A stretch of 64,000 nt of DNA from an uncultured Acidobacteriota bacterium (GCA_963822445.1 CAWGHO010000003.1:768001-832000), one strand, 5' to 3'. Numbered from the stretch's first letter, positions 48,442 to 59,138 are shown. The notes: generated from the sequence alone by a model not told the origin. Translations and numbers: made by a program.

Positions 48442-48480
48442 CGATCCAGCGATACAGTACTCGTCCAAGGAGGCTCCAAC

Positions 48481-49005
48481 ATGCTCGGTCCCATCCTCAT
48501 CGGCGCCGGTACCGTGGTCGCCGGCATCCTCGGATACGCGGCAACCCGTCCGGATCAGTTTCGCGTGGAGCGTTCGACGCGCATCGATGCGCCGCCGGAC
48601 AAGGTGTTCGCGACGATCAGCGACTTTCATCAGTGGGCATCGTGGTCGCCGTGGGAGGAGATCGATCCCAACATGAACCGCACCTACAGCGGCGCGACCA
48701 GCGGCAAAGGCGCCGTTTACGAATGGCGCGGCAACAAGAAGGTCGGGGAAGGGCGGATGGAGATCACCACGGCCACGCCGTCGCAGCTGGTGGTCATCAA
48801 GCTCGATTTCCTCAAGCCCTTCGAGACGCACAACACCGTCGAGCTCACCCTGACCCCCAGCGGCAACGGCACGAACGTGACCTGGGCGATGTCCGGAGCG
48901 AGTCCGTTCTTCATGAAGGTCATGTGTGTGTTCGTGAGCATGGACAAGATGGTAGGGAAGGATTTCGAGAAAGGGCTGGCCAGGCTCAAGGCGCACGTCG
49001 AGTAG
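48481..49005 (+). CDS. SRPBCC family protein
   Basis: PDQFRVERS..IDAPP, WSPW, GEGRMEI, DFEKGLARLK. Confidence 0.9.
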   Translation: MLGPILIGAGTVVAGILGYAATRPDQFRVERSTRIDAPPDKVFATISDFHQWASWSPWEEIDPNMNRTYSGATSGKGAVYEWRGNKKVGEGRMEITTATPSQLVVIKLDFLKPFETHNTVELTLTPSGNGTNVTWAMSGASPFFMKVMCVFVSMDKMVGKDFEKGLARLKAHVE

Positions 49006-49013
49006 CTCCATCG

Positions 49014-50174
49014 ATGCTCCCCATCGAATATCTCGATGTCTTTGCGGCGGGCATCTATCTGCTCTTCGGCGTCATTCATTTCGATCTCTGGCGGAAGCGC
49101 CGCGATCGGGCCAGCCATCTCTGGCTGGCCGCGGCGAGCGGCGGGGCGCTGCTGGTCGATCTCACCGGGATGAAGTTGCGAGGGACGGGCGTCGCCGGCG
49201 GCGCGTTGCCCTTCCTCAATCTCCTGGGCGTGGCACTCGTCACGGCGAGCCTTTTCGAGCTGGTGATCTCGCTCGGGAACGGGCGATCGAGCATGGCCAT
49301 GCGCGCGGTGTACGCGTTCATGGGCGTGCTCATCCCGGTGGTCGCCATCGGCAAGGTGCAGCCGTTGTTTTCGATCTTCTACCTGACCTCGATGGTGGTC
49401 CTGCTCTGGGCGATGGTCCATGCGCTGCGCGCGGGGCAGGCGGGAGATCCGGAGTCGCGCACGATCGCCGCGGGGCTGATCATCCTCATCCTCTGTCTGG
49501 TCGTGGACCTTCTCGGCAATCTCCGGGTCATCGGCCAGGTACCCGGCCTGCCCATTCTCGGATTCACGGCGCTGTTCGTGGTTTCAGCGAGTGCGCTCAA
49601 CACGCGCTACGAGCGCGAACATCGCGAGCTCGTGGCGCTGCGCGGCGATCTCGAGCAACGCGTCTCCGATCGCACGCGCGAGCTGGAGGTCGCGAATCAA
49701 CGGCTGGCCGAGGCGTCGCGGACGGATGCTCTGACGTCGCTGCCGAACCGGCGCGGCTTCCTGGAAATGAGCGAGCTGGAGCTGAAGCGGTGCGCGCGCA
49801 ATGCCGAGGCGTGCAGCGTGGTGATGATCGACCTCGATCACTTCAAGGAGATCAACGATGAACACGGACATGCCGCCGGCGACCTGCTGCTGCAATCGGC
49901 GGCGGAGCGGCTGCGATCGATGCTGCGCGATGCCGATCTCGTCGCGCGCTGGGGCGGCGAGGAGTTCATCCTCCTGCTGCCCGATACCAGGCGCGATGGC
50001 GCGGTAGCAGTCGCGGAGAAGATCCGCGGCGCGTTCGAGCATGGAGAGAAGGTCACGGCTTCGTTCGGAGTCGCGGAGCACGGTCCGAACATGTCCCGCG
50101 AGGCGACCATCGCCGCGGCCGATGAGGCGTTGTACCGGGCGAAGCGGGAGGGGCGGAACCGGGTGGTGGGTTGA
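49014..50174 (+). CDS. Membrane diguanylate cyclase (multi-TM + GGDEF)
   Basis: DALTSLPNRR, DLDHFKEIND..GH..GD, RWGGEEF, AKREGRNR. Confidence 0.93.
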   Translation: MLPIEYLDVFAAGIYLLFGVIHFDLWRKRRDRASHLWLAAASGGALLVDLTGMKLRGTGVAGGALPFLNLLGVALVTASLFELVISLGNGRSSMAMRAVYAFMGVLIPVVAIGKVQPLFSIFYLTSMVVLLWAMVHALRAGQAGDPESRTIAAGLIILILCLVVDLLGNLRVIGQVPGLPILGFTALFVVSASALNTRYEREHRELVALRGDLEQRVSDRTRELEVANQRLAEASRTDALTSLPNRRGFLEMSELELKRCARNAEACSVVMIDLDHFKEINDEHGHAAGDLLLQSAAERLRSMLRDADLVARWGGEEFILLLPDTRRDGAVAVAEKIRGAFEHGEKVTASFGVAEHGPNMSREATIAAADEALYRAKREGRNRVVG

Positions 50175-50255
50175 GGCTCGATTGACCGGCGGCCTCCGCC
50201 GAGGTACAACGTCGGGCATCCAATAATCCACAAATCAGCAGTTCCCGGAGGAACC

Positions 50256-52196
50256 GTGCGCGCTCACGTTCTCGCACTTCTGTTGTTGCTTTGCCTTGCC
50301 GCGTCTGCATTCGCGGAGTCGTCGGCTGAATTCGATGTACGCGTCGAGCGCGAGCTGGCGGCGGCCGATCCTGCTGCCGTTGCCGCCTGGCGAAGTGCGA
50401 ACGCCGCGCGCGAGGCCGGCAAGCATGCCGAGGCGATCCGGCTTTATGACGAAGTCCTCGGGCGCGTACCTGGGTTCTCGCATGCTCTCCGCCGCATGGC
50501 CGGAGTGGAGCTGGCGGCAGGCGATCGCGCGAGCGCGCTCACTCATGGCCGCATCGCCATGCAAATGGAAGAGTCGCCGGAGAACATCGCGTTTCTCGCT
50601 TTCGCGCTGGTAACAGTCCCGGATGGACAACAGCCGGCCGCGGATGAGCTCGAAAAAGCACAGCGCCTCTCAGCTCAGGCTGTGCGCATGAAAGGCGATG
50701 ACCCGTTCATGCACAGTGTTGCCGCGACGGTCGCTGTCGCCGGCAACGACCTTCAATCACTCCGTTCCTCGGTCCAACGGCTGGAGACTCTCGACGCGAA
50801 GTCCCCGCAGACTCACATGTTGCGCGCCATGGTTGCTGCCTCCGACGGCGATTGGGACGACGCTCGTGCGGCGCTCGATCGCGCTCGCGCGCTGGGCCTG
50901 CCGAAGGCGGCCTACGACGATCTGCTCGGCCAGTTCAACGCGGCGACGCCGTTTTACATCCGCTGGTGGAAGCCTGTGGCCATCGCCGTCGGTGCGTGGT
51001 TCGCGGTCTTTGCGCTGCTGCTCATCGCCGGCGCGGTTCTCAGTCAGATGGCCTTGCGCGCCGCGCGCGAGGTGCGATCGGACGGCACGGCCGCAGGGCT
51101 GAGCGGTGGCGTGCGTCGCGCGTATGCGGCCGTGCTGTCGCTCTGCTGCGGTTTCTATTACGCGTCCATTCCGATCGTGATGCTGCTCGTCGTCGCCGTG
51201 GCCGGTGCGCTGCTGTATGGGATTTTCGCGGTCGGCCGCATCCCGGTGAAGCTGGTCATCCTGATCGTGGTCATCGCCGCGGTCAGTCTCTGGTCGATCG
51301 TCAAGAGCCTGTTCATCAGGGTCAGGGACGAGGATCCGGGCGTGCGTCTCGATCTCGCGAAGGAGACCAGGCTGCGGGCGCTCCTGGACGACGTGGCGAA
51401 ACGGATCGGCACACGCGCCGTCGACAACGTTTACCTCACGCCGGGCACCGAGCTGGCGGTGATGGAGCGCGGCAAGCGGAAGTCGAAAGAGCGCTGCCTG
51501 ATTCTCGGCATCGCCGCGCTGGACGGGTTCGCGCTCCGGCCATTCAAAGCGGTTCTCGGGCACGAGTACGGCCACTTCACGAATCGCGATACGGCCGGAG
51601 GCGCGTTTGCGCTGGCGGTGCGGAACTCACTGCACGCGACGGCGATCGCTCTGATCAACGGCGGAGCGGCGGCGTGGTACAGCCCGGCGTGGCTGTTCGT
51701 GAACGGGTTCCATCGCGTGTTCATGCGCATCTCCCAGGGCGCATCGCGCCTGCAGGAAATCCTCGCCGACCGCTGGGCCGTGTCCGCGTATGGAGCGGAC
51801 GCGTTCGAGCGCGGTCTGAGGCACGTGGTCGAGCGGAGCGTCCGGTTCGACGCGCACGTCGGGGCGACGCTGAAAGAGGTCGTCGACCGTCAGGTGCCGC
51901 TCGCGAATCTGTATACCTACGCTCCGGCGGAACAGGCTGGCGATGTGGGTCAGGCCGTGGAAGAGGCGTTGAACACGCCCGCGTCGCCGTACGACAGCCA
52001 TCCCTCGCCGGCGGAACGGTTCACGCTCGTGCGCGCGCTGCCGCAGCGCTCGCGCCGCCTCGAGCCGGACGACGACGCGGAGGTGTGGTCGCTCTTCACC
52101 GATCCGGCGGGTCTGCAACATGCGATGACCGCGCAGGTGAGGGAGAACGTGAAGATGAATTACGGGGTGGAGGTTCTGGCGCCGGCAGTGGGATGA
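50256..52196 (+). CDS. TPR + M48 family membrane zinc metalloprotease
   Basis: Signal peptide, TPRs, TM helices, HEYGH, EILAD, SHP...R. Confidence 0.88.
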   Translation: MRAHVLALLLLLCLAASAFAESSAEFDVRVERELAAADPAAVAAWRSANAAREAGKHAEAIRLYDEVLGRVPGFSHALRRMAGVELAAGDRASALTHGRIAMQMEESPENIAFLAFALVTVPDGQQPAADELEKAQRLSAQAVRMKGDDPFMHSVAATVAVAGNDLQSLRSSVQRLETLDAKSPQTHMLRAMVAASDGDWDDARAALDRARALGLPKAAYDDLLGQFNAATPFYIRWWKPVAIAVGAWFAVFALLLIAGAVLSQMALRAAREVRSDGTAAGLSGGVRRAYAAVLSLCCGFYYASIPIVMLLVVAVAGALLYGIFAVGRIPVKLVILIVVIAAVSLWSIVKSLFIRVRDEDPGVRLDLAKETRLRALLDDVAKRIGTRAVDNVYLTPGTELAVMERGKRKSKERCLILGIAALDGFALRPFKAVLGHEYGHFTNRDTAGGAFALAVRNSLHATAIALINGGAAAWYSPAWLFVNGFHRVFMRISQGASRLQEILADRWAVSAYGADAFERGLRHVVERSVRFDAHVGATLKEVVDRQVPLANLYTYAPAEQAGDVGQAVEEALNTPASPYDSHPSPAERFTLVRALPQRSRRLEPDDDAEVWSLFTDPAGLQHAMTAQVRENVKMNYGVEVLAPAVG

Positions 52197-53260
52197 AGCG
52201 CCGCCACGGACTCGTCGCCACGATCGTTCTCCTGCTGGCGGCGATCGCCGGGCCGCTGGTGTTGCTCGCGATCGGGCTGAGCACCACCGCGACCGGTTTC
52301 ATCGCCGGGATGCTGATGGCGGTCGTGCCGGTGCCGTTCTACATCGCCTTCGCGACCTGGGTCGATCGCTTCGAGCCGGAGCCTCCGCGCCTTCTGGCGT
52401 TCGCTTTCCTCTGGGGCGCGACGATCGCGGTGCTCTTCGCCATGATCTTCAACGGGATCGCCGGGGAGCTGTTCGGCGCGCAGCTGATGGCCACCGTCTC
52501 GGGGCCGATCGTCGAGGAGGTCGCCAAGGGCGCCGCGCTGCTTTTGCTGTTCGCCTGGCGCCGCGATGAATTCGACAACGTCACCGACGGCATCCTCTAC
52601 GCGGCCATGGTCGGTCTCGGCTTCGCCATGACCGAGAACATCCTCTATTACTCGAAGGCCGTCGCCGCGCAGGGCGGCGCGGGGGCGGTCTCGATCTTCT
52701 TCCTCCGCGGGATCATGTCCCCCTTCTCGCACCCGCTTTACACGAGCATGACCGGCATCGGCCTGGGCATCGCCCGCGAGAGCGATCGCCGCGACGTGAA
52801 GTTCTTCGCGCCGCTGGTCGGCCTGATCGGGGCGATCCTCCTGCATTCGGTCTGGAATCTCTCGGCCAGTTTCGGCGTGGTTTTCTTCGCGGCCTACATC
52901 TTCATCATGGCCCCGGCGCTGATCGGCGTGATCGTGGTGGCGATGTTCTCGCTGCGGCGCGAAGCGCGGATCATCCGGGACCATCTGGCGGACGTCGTGG
53001 CCGAGGAGGTGCTGAGTGCCGAGGATGTGATGGTGGTGACTTCGGTGCAGCGGCGGATTGCGGCGTCGGCGCGGGCGCTCACCGAAAGCGGATTCTCGAA
53101 GTGGCGCGCGCGACGGCGCTTTCACGCCTTGACCACGGAGCTGGCCTTTCACGCCTGGCGGGCGAAGAGGTTTCCGGAGGAGCATTCGGAGGAGCGGCGC
53201 GACCGCCTGGTGGCGGCGGTGAGGGAAGTGCGGGGGAGACTGGGATTGCGGGCGATGTAA
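52193..53260 (+). CDS. PrsW family intramembrane metalloprotease
   Basis: DRFEPEP, VEEVAK, DGILY, GFAMTEN, HPLYT, HSVWN. Confidence 0.92.
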   Translation: MKRRHGLVATIVLLLAAIAGPLVLLAIGLSTTATGFIAGMLMAVVPVPFYIAFATWVDRFEPEPPRLLAFAFLWGATIAVLFAMIFNGIAGELFGAQLMATVSGPIVEEVAKGAALLLLFAWRRDEFDNVTDGILYAAMVGLGFAMTENILYYSKAVAAQGGAGAVSIFFLRGIMSPFSHPLYTSMTGIGLGIARESDRRDVKFFAPLVGLIGAILLHSVWNLSASFGVVFFAAYIFIMAPALIGVIVVAMFSLRREARIIRDHLADVVAEEVLSAEDVMVVTSVQRRIAASARALTESGFSKWRARRRFHALTTELAFHAWRAKRFPEEHSEERRDRLVAAVREVRGRLGLRAM

Positions 53261-53278
53261 TTGCACAACAGCAGTCCC

Positions 53279-53557
53279 ATGAACAATTCAGGACTGGAAC
53301 CCGTCCTCATCAAAGCTATCGACAGTGTCGCCAAGAAGCTGAGCAAGGCCGAGCGGGCAGCCGAGAGCAAGGTCGCGCGGCTCCTCAATTACTGGAACGA
53401 GATGGACGAAGCCGACAAGGAGCAGGCCATCGGTATCGCCATCGCCACTGTGACCACCGCGGTGGGCGCGATCATGGCCATTCGCGGCAAGTCGAAGAAG
53501 CCGGTGAAGAGCGCCGGGAAGAAGCTGGTCAGGGCGATCGCGAAGAAGGTGGGGTAG
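53279..53557 (+). CDS. Small hypothetical protein
   Basis: 92-aa ORF, host codon bias, hydrophobic segment then Lys-rich tail. Confidence 0.6.
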   Translation: MNNSGLEPVLIKAIDSVAKKLSKAERAAESKVARLLNYWNEMDEADKEQAIGIAIATVTTAVGAIMAIRGKSKKPVKSAGKKLVRAIAKKVG

Positions 53558-53563
53558 GGAACC

Positions 53564-53640
53564 GGGTTGCGGGGTTACGGGGTTACGGGGTTGCGGGGTT
53601 GGGTAACCCCGAAACCTCGTAACCCCGAAACCCCGTAACC
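53564..53640. repeat. Octamer tandem repeats in inverted arrangement
   Basis: (GGGTTRCG)n ... (GWAACCCC)n. Confidence 0.8.
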
Positions 53641-53658
53641 AACGATTACACTTCCCGG

Positions 53659-54411
53659 ATGCGAAAACTGCTTCCGGTCGTTCTTCTGTGCGCGATCTCC
53701 GTCTACGCCGACAAACTTCCGCTCGGTAACCGGTTCGCCGTTGCCATCGAGGATGGCGATCTCGATGCGGTCAAGGCACTCATCGAAGAGGAGGGGGCGA
53801 AGGTCGACACGCCAATCGTGTACGGCGAGAGCTCGATCACGCCGCTGATGAAGGCCTCGTGGGACGGCGACCTGCCGATCGTCGAATACCTGCTCTCGAA
53901 AGGCGCGAACGTGAACGCGCGCGATACGCAATCGAAGGAGACCGCGCTCTCCAACGCCGTGAAGCGCGGGCACGTCGACATCGTCAAGACGCTCCTGGCG
54001 GCGAAGGCGGACGTCTCACTGCGGGACATGTTCGACTTCAACGTCTTCACCACCGCCGTCGCCGGCGGCAATCAGGAGATCGCCGGTCTGCTGCTCGACG
54101 CCGGCGCGAAGGTCAACGACGGAATGAGCGGTCTCACGCCGATGGCCTTCGCGGCCAGCAGCGGGAACACGGACATGATGCGCTTCCTCGCCGAGCGCGG
54201 CGCGGACGTGAACTACGGCGCGAAGACCGGCGAACAGACGGCTTTGATCAGCGCGATCGTCGGCGCGCAGATCGAGTCGGTGAAGACCCTCATCGAGCTG
54301 AAAGCGAACGTGAACACGAAGATGAAGGACGGCACGACGCCGCTGAAGATGGCCCAGAAGGGCGACCAGGAAGAGATCATCGCCCTGCTCGTGGCCGCGG
54401 GGGCGAAATGA
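53659..54411 (+). CDS. Secreted ankyrin-repeat protein
   Basis: TPLMKA, GANVNA, TALSNA, TPLKMA repeats. Confidence 0.92.
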   Translation: MRKLLPVVLLCAISVYADKLPLGNRFAVAIEDGDLDAVKALIEEEGAKVDTPIVYGESSITPLMKASWDGDLPIVEYLLSKGANVNARDTQSKETALSNAVKRGHVDIVKTLLAAKADVSLRDMFDFNVFTTAVAGGNQEIAGLLLDAGAKVNDGMSGLTPMAFAASSGNTDMMRFLAERGADVNYGAKTGEQTALISAIVGAQIESVKTLIELKANVNTKMKDGTTPLKMAQKGDQEEIIALLVAAGAK

Positions 54412-55478
54412 AGCGCGCCGTTGCGGTGCTCCTGCTCGTCGCCGGATCGGCGTTCGCCGCGAGTGGCGGGAAGGCCAACGGCACGTTTATCGTCGGCGAG
54501 AACAGGAAGGCGCTGACGCATTCGTACGTCGTCGAAAAGAACGCGCTGTTGAAGATCGTGCTCGCCACGGGACCGCTCGATGAAGCGGCGATCTACGACG
54601 ACAAGGTGCTGCAAAACGCGGTCGCCGACGGGAAGCTCAGCGCGGTGGTCGTCAAGCTCGACGAAGATCGCGAGGCCGATTCGGCGTTCTTCTTCGATTC
54701 GGAATTGCCGGCCGGGCTCGAAGTGCGGCAGGTCGGCAAGTTCAAGCCGTGGAAGTCGCGCGACAAGATGCTCGCGGGGCGCGTCACGATGAACGACGAC
54801 GGGTACTCGTGGTCGTACGACGCCTCGTTCGAAGCGCCGATCGTCGTGCAGGTGCAGACGGTCGAACCGCTGGCTGCGAATGCGACGCCGGCGGAGCATG
54901 CGCTGTGGCGGCTGAAGCAGATGGAGATCGAGTACGACGAGGGCGGCTGGCGTCACGCGATCATCGACGGCAACGCTGACGCGGTCGCGCTCTTCCTTAC
55001 CGCGGGCATGCCTGTGGAGACAGGCGGCGCGCTGCGCGAGGCCGTGGATCGCGGGAAGACCGAGGTCGCGAAGCTTCTCATGAAGCATGGCGCGGATGTG
55101 AACAACAAGGATGCGTACGGACAGTCGCTGGTCATGACGGCGGTCTCGGGGAATCACCCGGGGATGCTCGAGGCGCTCGTCGCCGCAAAAGCGGATGTCA
55201 GCGCGCCGAATCAGTACCGCATCACGCCGCTCGCCGTGGCCGCGGAGCAGGGACTCCATGCCGTGAAAGCGCTCATCGCCGCGGGTGCGAAGGTGAATGC
55301 GCGGGACACGTCGGGAGGTACCGCGCTGTCGGTGGCCATTCTTCGCGGGTACAAGGAGATCGTCGAGACGCTGCTCGCGGCCAAGGCGGATGTGCAGCGC
55401 GACAAGGAGGATCTCCTCACGCTGGCCGCGGACAAGCCGGAGATCAAGGCGATGCTCGAGAAGGCGATGAAGAAGTGA
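54408..55478 (+). CDS. Secreted protein with C-terminal ankyrin repeats
   Basis: Signal peptide; GADVNNKD, TPLAVAA, GAKVNARD. Confidence 0.88.
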   Translation: MKRAVAVLLLVAGSAFAASGGKANGTFIVGENRKALTHSYVVEKNALLKIVLATGPLDEAAIYDDKVLQNAVADGKLSAVVVKLDEDREADSAFFFDSELPAGLEVRQVGKFKPWKSRDKMLAGRVTMNDDGYSWSYDASFEAPIVVQVQTVEPLAANATPAEHALWRLKQMEIEYDEGGWRHAIIDGNADAVALFLTAGMPVETGGALREAVDRGKTEVAKLLMKHGADVNNKDAYGQSLVMTAVSGNHPGMLEALVAAKADVSAPNQYRITPLAVAAEQGLHAVKALIAAGAKVNARDTSGGTALSVAILRGYKEIVETLLAAKADVQRDKEDLLTLAADKPEIKAMLEKAMKK

Positions 55479-55570
55479 TGGAGTGCGGCGGCTCTGCCGC
55501 CGCTTTCCCATCGCGCCGGATGCGCGCTCGCGCGCGCTGTTAAAGCGGCGGCAGAGCCGCCGCACTCCAT
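55478..55570. repeat. REP element, TGGAGTGCGGC family, between convergent genes
   Basis: ATGGAGTGCGGCGGCTCTGCCGCCGCTTT ... AAAGCGGCGGCAGAGCCGCCGCACTCCAT. Confidence 0.92.
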
Positions 55571-56127
55571 CAAGGCCAGAGCCAGCCGAAGACGCCCGCC
55601 GTGAGCAGCGAGTAGATCAACCCATCGATCGTCGAGCGGATCGTCGTGCCGAGGTCGCGCTTGTACCAGATCCATATCGGCCAGAGCGCGACGGAGTGCG
55701 CGATGAAGGCCGTGGCCCCCGCGAAGCGGAAGACGTCGAGGTAGTTCGCGCCGGGCGGGAGGGCGCGGCTGGCGATGTACGCCGAGAAGATGCTCACGAT
55801 CACCAGGTGCACGAACCACAGCCCAAGCGTGCGGCCCATGAACGTCGAGCCGGGAGGCATGATCGTGAACAGCATCACCGGGCCGGCCTTCACCTTCTCC
55901 GCGAACTCCGGCGACTTCATCTCCTCCATCGACTTCGCGCGCGGCGTCATGTAGTCGCCCGGCGGGATGGCCAGCGGACGCACGAGATCGCGAAAGGTGT
56001 CGTCGTTCGGCACCGGACGGAAGTCGCCGGCATGCCACTTGGTCGCCATGTGGAGGATCGAGCTGGCCAGGAAAACGAGGACCGCGGAGCCGAGGATGGG
56101 GAGCCAGAGCGCAGTCATGGGCGTCAT
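55570..56127 (-). CDS. Hypothetical membrane protein
   Basis: [21 protein letters not shown]; several TM helices; AGGAGG SD. Confidence 0.8.
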   Translation of the reverse strand: MTPMTALWLPILGSAVLVFLASSILHMATKWHAGDFRPVPNDDTFRDLVRPLAIPPGDYMTPRAKSMEEMKSPEFAEKVKAGPVMLFTIMPPGSTFMGRTLGLWFVHLVIVSIFSAYIASRALPPGANYLDVFRFAGATAFIAHSVALWPIWIWYKRDLGTTIRSTIDGLIYSLLTAGVFGWLWP

Positions 56128-56170
56128 GGGGAGCCTCCTGTGAAGGGAAAGGTATCATCGCCGCGTGGTG

Positions 56171-58477
56171 ATGATCGGTTCGCGGCTCGGCCCTTATGAA
56201 GTCATCGCCAGTATCGGCGCCGGGGGAATGGGCGAGGTGTGGCGGGCGCGCGACGAGCGTCTGCGGCGCGATGTCGCCATCAAAGTTCTACCCGAGGCCA
56301 TGATGCAGAGTGAGGAGGCGCGGGTGCGGTTCGAGCGGGAAGCGCGCGCGGTCGCGGCGCTCTCCCATCCCAACATCCTCGCCATCCACGACTTCGGGAC
56401 CGACGACGGCACGGTCTACGCCGTCATGGAGCTCCTCGAAGGATCCACCCTCCGCGAACGCCTCGGCCAGTACGAGCTCACCCTCGCCCGCGCGCTGGAA
56501 TGGGCCCATCAGATCGCCCAGGGTCTGGCCGCCGCGCACGAGCGGGGCATCGTTCATCGCGATCTCAAGCCGGAGAACATCTTCGTCACCCGCGACTCCG
56601 TGGTGAAGATCCTCGATTTCGGTCTGGCCCGTCTGGATGCGATGTTCACGGGCCACGTTGCCGATGCGGACACGATGATCGCGAAGACGCGGCCGGGCTC
56701 GATCATCGGAACGGTGGCCTACCTCTCGCCCGAACAGGCTCGCGGCGAGACCGCTGATGCGCGCTCGGACATCTTCGCCTTCGGCGCGGTCTTCTACGAG
56801 CTGCTCGGAGGGCGTCCTGCATTTCTGCGAGCGACGGCGGCGGATTCCATCGTGTCCATTCTCCGCGAGGAGCCGAAGCCGCTCGCCGATTCGGGAAGGA
56901 ACATCTCCGTCGAAGCGGAGGACATCCTCCGTCATTGTCTCGAGAAGAATCCCGACGACCGCTTCCGCTCGGCGCGCGATCTCGCGTTCTCGCTGCGCTT
57001 GGCCATGCGGTCCGGCTCGGGCGGCGGGACTTCCGACGCCGTCACACGCCAAACGCCGCGTCCCTCCGATTCCGGCCGGACCGGTCAGATCTCCATCGCC
57101 GTCCTTCCATTCCGCAACATCAGCCCCACGGCCGAAGCGGAGTACTTCAGCGACGGGATGACCGAAGAGATCATCAACTCCATCTCGAACATCCCCTCGC
57201 TGCACGTGGCCGCGCGAACGTCTTCCTTCGCGTTCAAAGGACGCGACGACGATGTGCGCAAGATCGGCCGCGAGCTCGGCGTGGGGATGGTCCTCGAAGG
57301 GAGCATCCGCCAGATCGGCTCGCGCCTTCGCGTGTCCGCGCAGCTGATCAATGTGGAGAGCGGCTATCAGGTCTGGAGCGATCGCTGGGATCGCGAGCTG
57401 GCCGATGTCTTCGCGGTGCAGGACGAGATCGCGCAGGCCATCGCCACGACGTTCAAGCTTCGCCTCGCGCAGACCGACGGAGGCGCGGCACCGGGGAAAA
57501 CGCAGAACGTCGAGGCCTACGACAGCTATCTCAAAGGCCGCTACCTCCTCGGCCGCCGCAAGATCGGCGACGCCATCGCCGAGCTGCAGTCGGCTGTCGA
57601 GACCGACCCCGATTTCGCCGATGCGCATACGGCACTGGCCGAGGCGTGGGCGATGCGCGGGTTCTACGGCGGCGTATCGACGTGGGAAGCGTGGGCGCGC
57701 GGACGTGCGGCCGCGGACGAGGCGGCGCGGCTCGCGCCGGAGTCGGCCGGCGTCGCGCTCTCGCAGGCGATCTTCGAGCACTACTACGGCTGGAACACAG
57801 CGCGCGAACAGGAGCTCTGCCGCCTGGCCATCGAGCGCAATCCGAAGTCCGCTGACGGCTGGAACTGGCTGGGCCTCTGCCTGGCGGTGAGCGGAAACAC
57901 GCGCGAGGCGCTCGACTACATGGCACGCGGCATCGAGCTGGAGCCGTACAACGCGAACGTGCGAACGTCGTCCGCGTGGGCGTCGCTTTACATTGGCGAT
58001 TACGAGACCGCCGCGAACGTGCTGGCGACGGCGATCGAGCTCGATCCGAACGCCGCCTACGCGCTCTGGACCTACGCCATCGTTCTGCGCTGCCTGGGCC
58101 GGTTCAGCGAATCGATCTCGATTCTCGAGTCGCTCGTGGAGCGGTCGGAGCGGAAATTGCCGCTTTACGTCGCGCTGCTGGGAGGCTCGCTGGCCGCGGC
58201 GGGCGAGCGTGCGAAGGCGGAGGAGATTCTCAACGAGCTGCACTCGCGACGGGAGCGCAATGAGTTCGTGGCCTCGCTGGACATGGCCACGGTTCTGACC
58301 GCGCTCGGGGATCACGATGCAGCACTCGATGCGCTGGAGGCCGCGCGCCAGGAGCGAAACGCGCTGACCTGGGCGCGGTTGTATTTCCCCGACTACATCG
58401 CGTTGCGCGGCGACCCGCGATGGCAGGCGCTGGCCCGGCGCCTCGGACGGACGGCGCCGGTGAATCTGCCTGTGTGA
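56171..58477 (+). CDS. Ser/Thr protein kinase with TolB-N-like and TPR domains
   Basis: GAGGMGEVW, HRDLKPEN, DFGLA, YLSPE, SIAVLPF..N, ARTSSFAFKG. Confidence 0.95.
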   Translation: MIGSRLGPYEVIASIGAGGMGEVWRARDERLRRDVAIKVLPEAMMQSEEARVRFEREARAVAALSHPNILAIHDFGTDDGTVYAVMELLEGSTLRERLGQYELTLARALEWAHQIAQGLAAAHERGIVHRDLKPENIFVTRDSVVKILDFGLARLDAMFTGHVADADTMIAKTRPGSIIGTVAYLSPEQARGETADARSDIFAFGAVFYELLGGRPAFLRATAADSIVSILREEPKPLADSGRNISVEAEDILRHCLEKNPDDRFRSARDLAFSLRLAMRSGSGGGTSDAVTRQTPRPSDSGRTGQISIAVLPFRNISPTAEAEYFSDGMTEEIINSISNIPSLHVAARTSSFAFKGRDDDVRKIGRELGVGMVLEGSIRQIGSRLRVSAQLINVESGYQVWSDRWDRELADVFAVQDEIAQAIATTFKLRLAQTDGGAAPGKTQNVEAYDSYLKGRYLLGRRKIGDAIAELQSAVETDPDFADAHTALAEAWAMRGFYGGVSTWEAWARGRAAADEAARLAPESAGVALSQAIFEHYYGWNTAREQELCRLAIERNPKSADGWNWLGLCLAVSGNTREALDYMARGIELEPYNANVRTSSAWASLYIGDYETAANVLATAIELDPNAAYALWTYAIVLRCLGRFSESISILESLVERSERKLPLYVALLGGSLAAAGERAKAEEILNELHSRRERNEFVASLDMATVLTALGDHDAALDALEAARQERNALTWARLYFPDYIALRGDPRWQALARRLGRTAPVNLPV

Positions 58478-58483
58478 TGAAGA

Positions 58484-58581
58484 GGGGAGCGGCCGTCCCG
58501 GCCGCATCCGTCGGGCGTTTTCGCCCGATGGTTATCGCGGAGCGGGACGCTCCGCGAGTGCGGGCGGGACGCCCGCACTCC
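58484..58581. repeat. REP-like element between convergent genes
   Basis: GGAGCGGCCGTCCCGGCCGC ... GCGGGCGGGACGCCCGCACTCC. Confidence 0.75.
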
Positions 58582-58583
58582 GT

Positions 58584-59030
58584 TTACCGCTTGCGGCCCT
58601 TGCCTCGCAGCTCATCCCCCGACAGCACACCATCGTTGTTCCGATCGTGGTTGCGGAACGACTCATCGTTGCCGCGCCATTCGTTGCGCGTCACGAGGCC
58701 GTCGTCGTTGCGGTCCATCCCTTTGAAGCGCGAGCCGGCGTTCCGGCGGTCGCCGCGATTCCCGAGGACCTGGCGCGCCTCGGCCTGGGTGATGACGCCG
58801 TCCCGATTCAGATCGGCGCGATCGAACTGAGTCGGATCGCCGGGAAACTCCGAGCGGGAGATGGCGCCGTCGCGATTCGTGTCGAACTGCGCAAAGGTCT
58901 GCTGTTTGTTCCGTTTGATTGTCTCTTTCTGCTTGCCGTGCTCTTTATGGCCGTGGTTGGCGAGAGCAGCCGGGGCCGTAGCGACAAGCAGGGACAGGGC
59001 GGTGGCGGAGAGGATCTTCTTGGCGTTCAT
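58584..59030 (-). CDS. Secreted EF-hand protein
   Basis: DTNRDGAISRSE, DLNRDGVITQAE, DRNDDGLVTRNE, DRNNDGVLSGDE. Confidence 0.88.
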   Translation of the reverse strand: MNAKKILSATALSLLVATAPAALANHGHKEHGKQKETIKRNKQQTFAQFDTNRDGAISRSEFPGDPTQFDRADLNRDGVITQAEARQVLGNRGDRRNAGSRFKGMDRNDDGLVTRNEWRGNDESFRNHDRNNDGVLSGDELRGKGRKR

Positions 59031-59138
59031 GGCAAATGTTATTTGCGGTATGGCTGCCATGACCGGAGTCATAAGAATCAGTGAGTTACGCGGATGAGCC
59101 GGGCAAGCTCTGTCCGGTTCCGAGGACGGCGGTGTCTG

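Noticed and set aside
48354-49013. MKIEN.../FSIFNFQFSI peptides and the 606-aa GGDEF extension
   Set aside because: Translation of the heptamer repeats and an alternate frame of the SRPBCC gene
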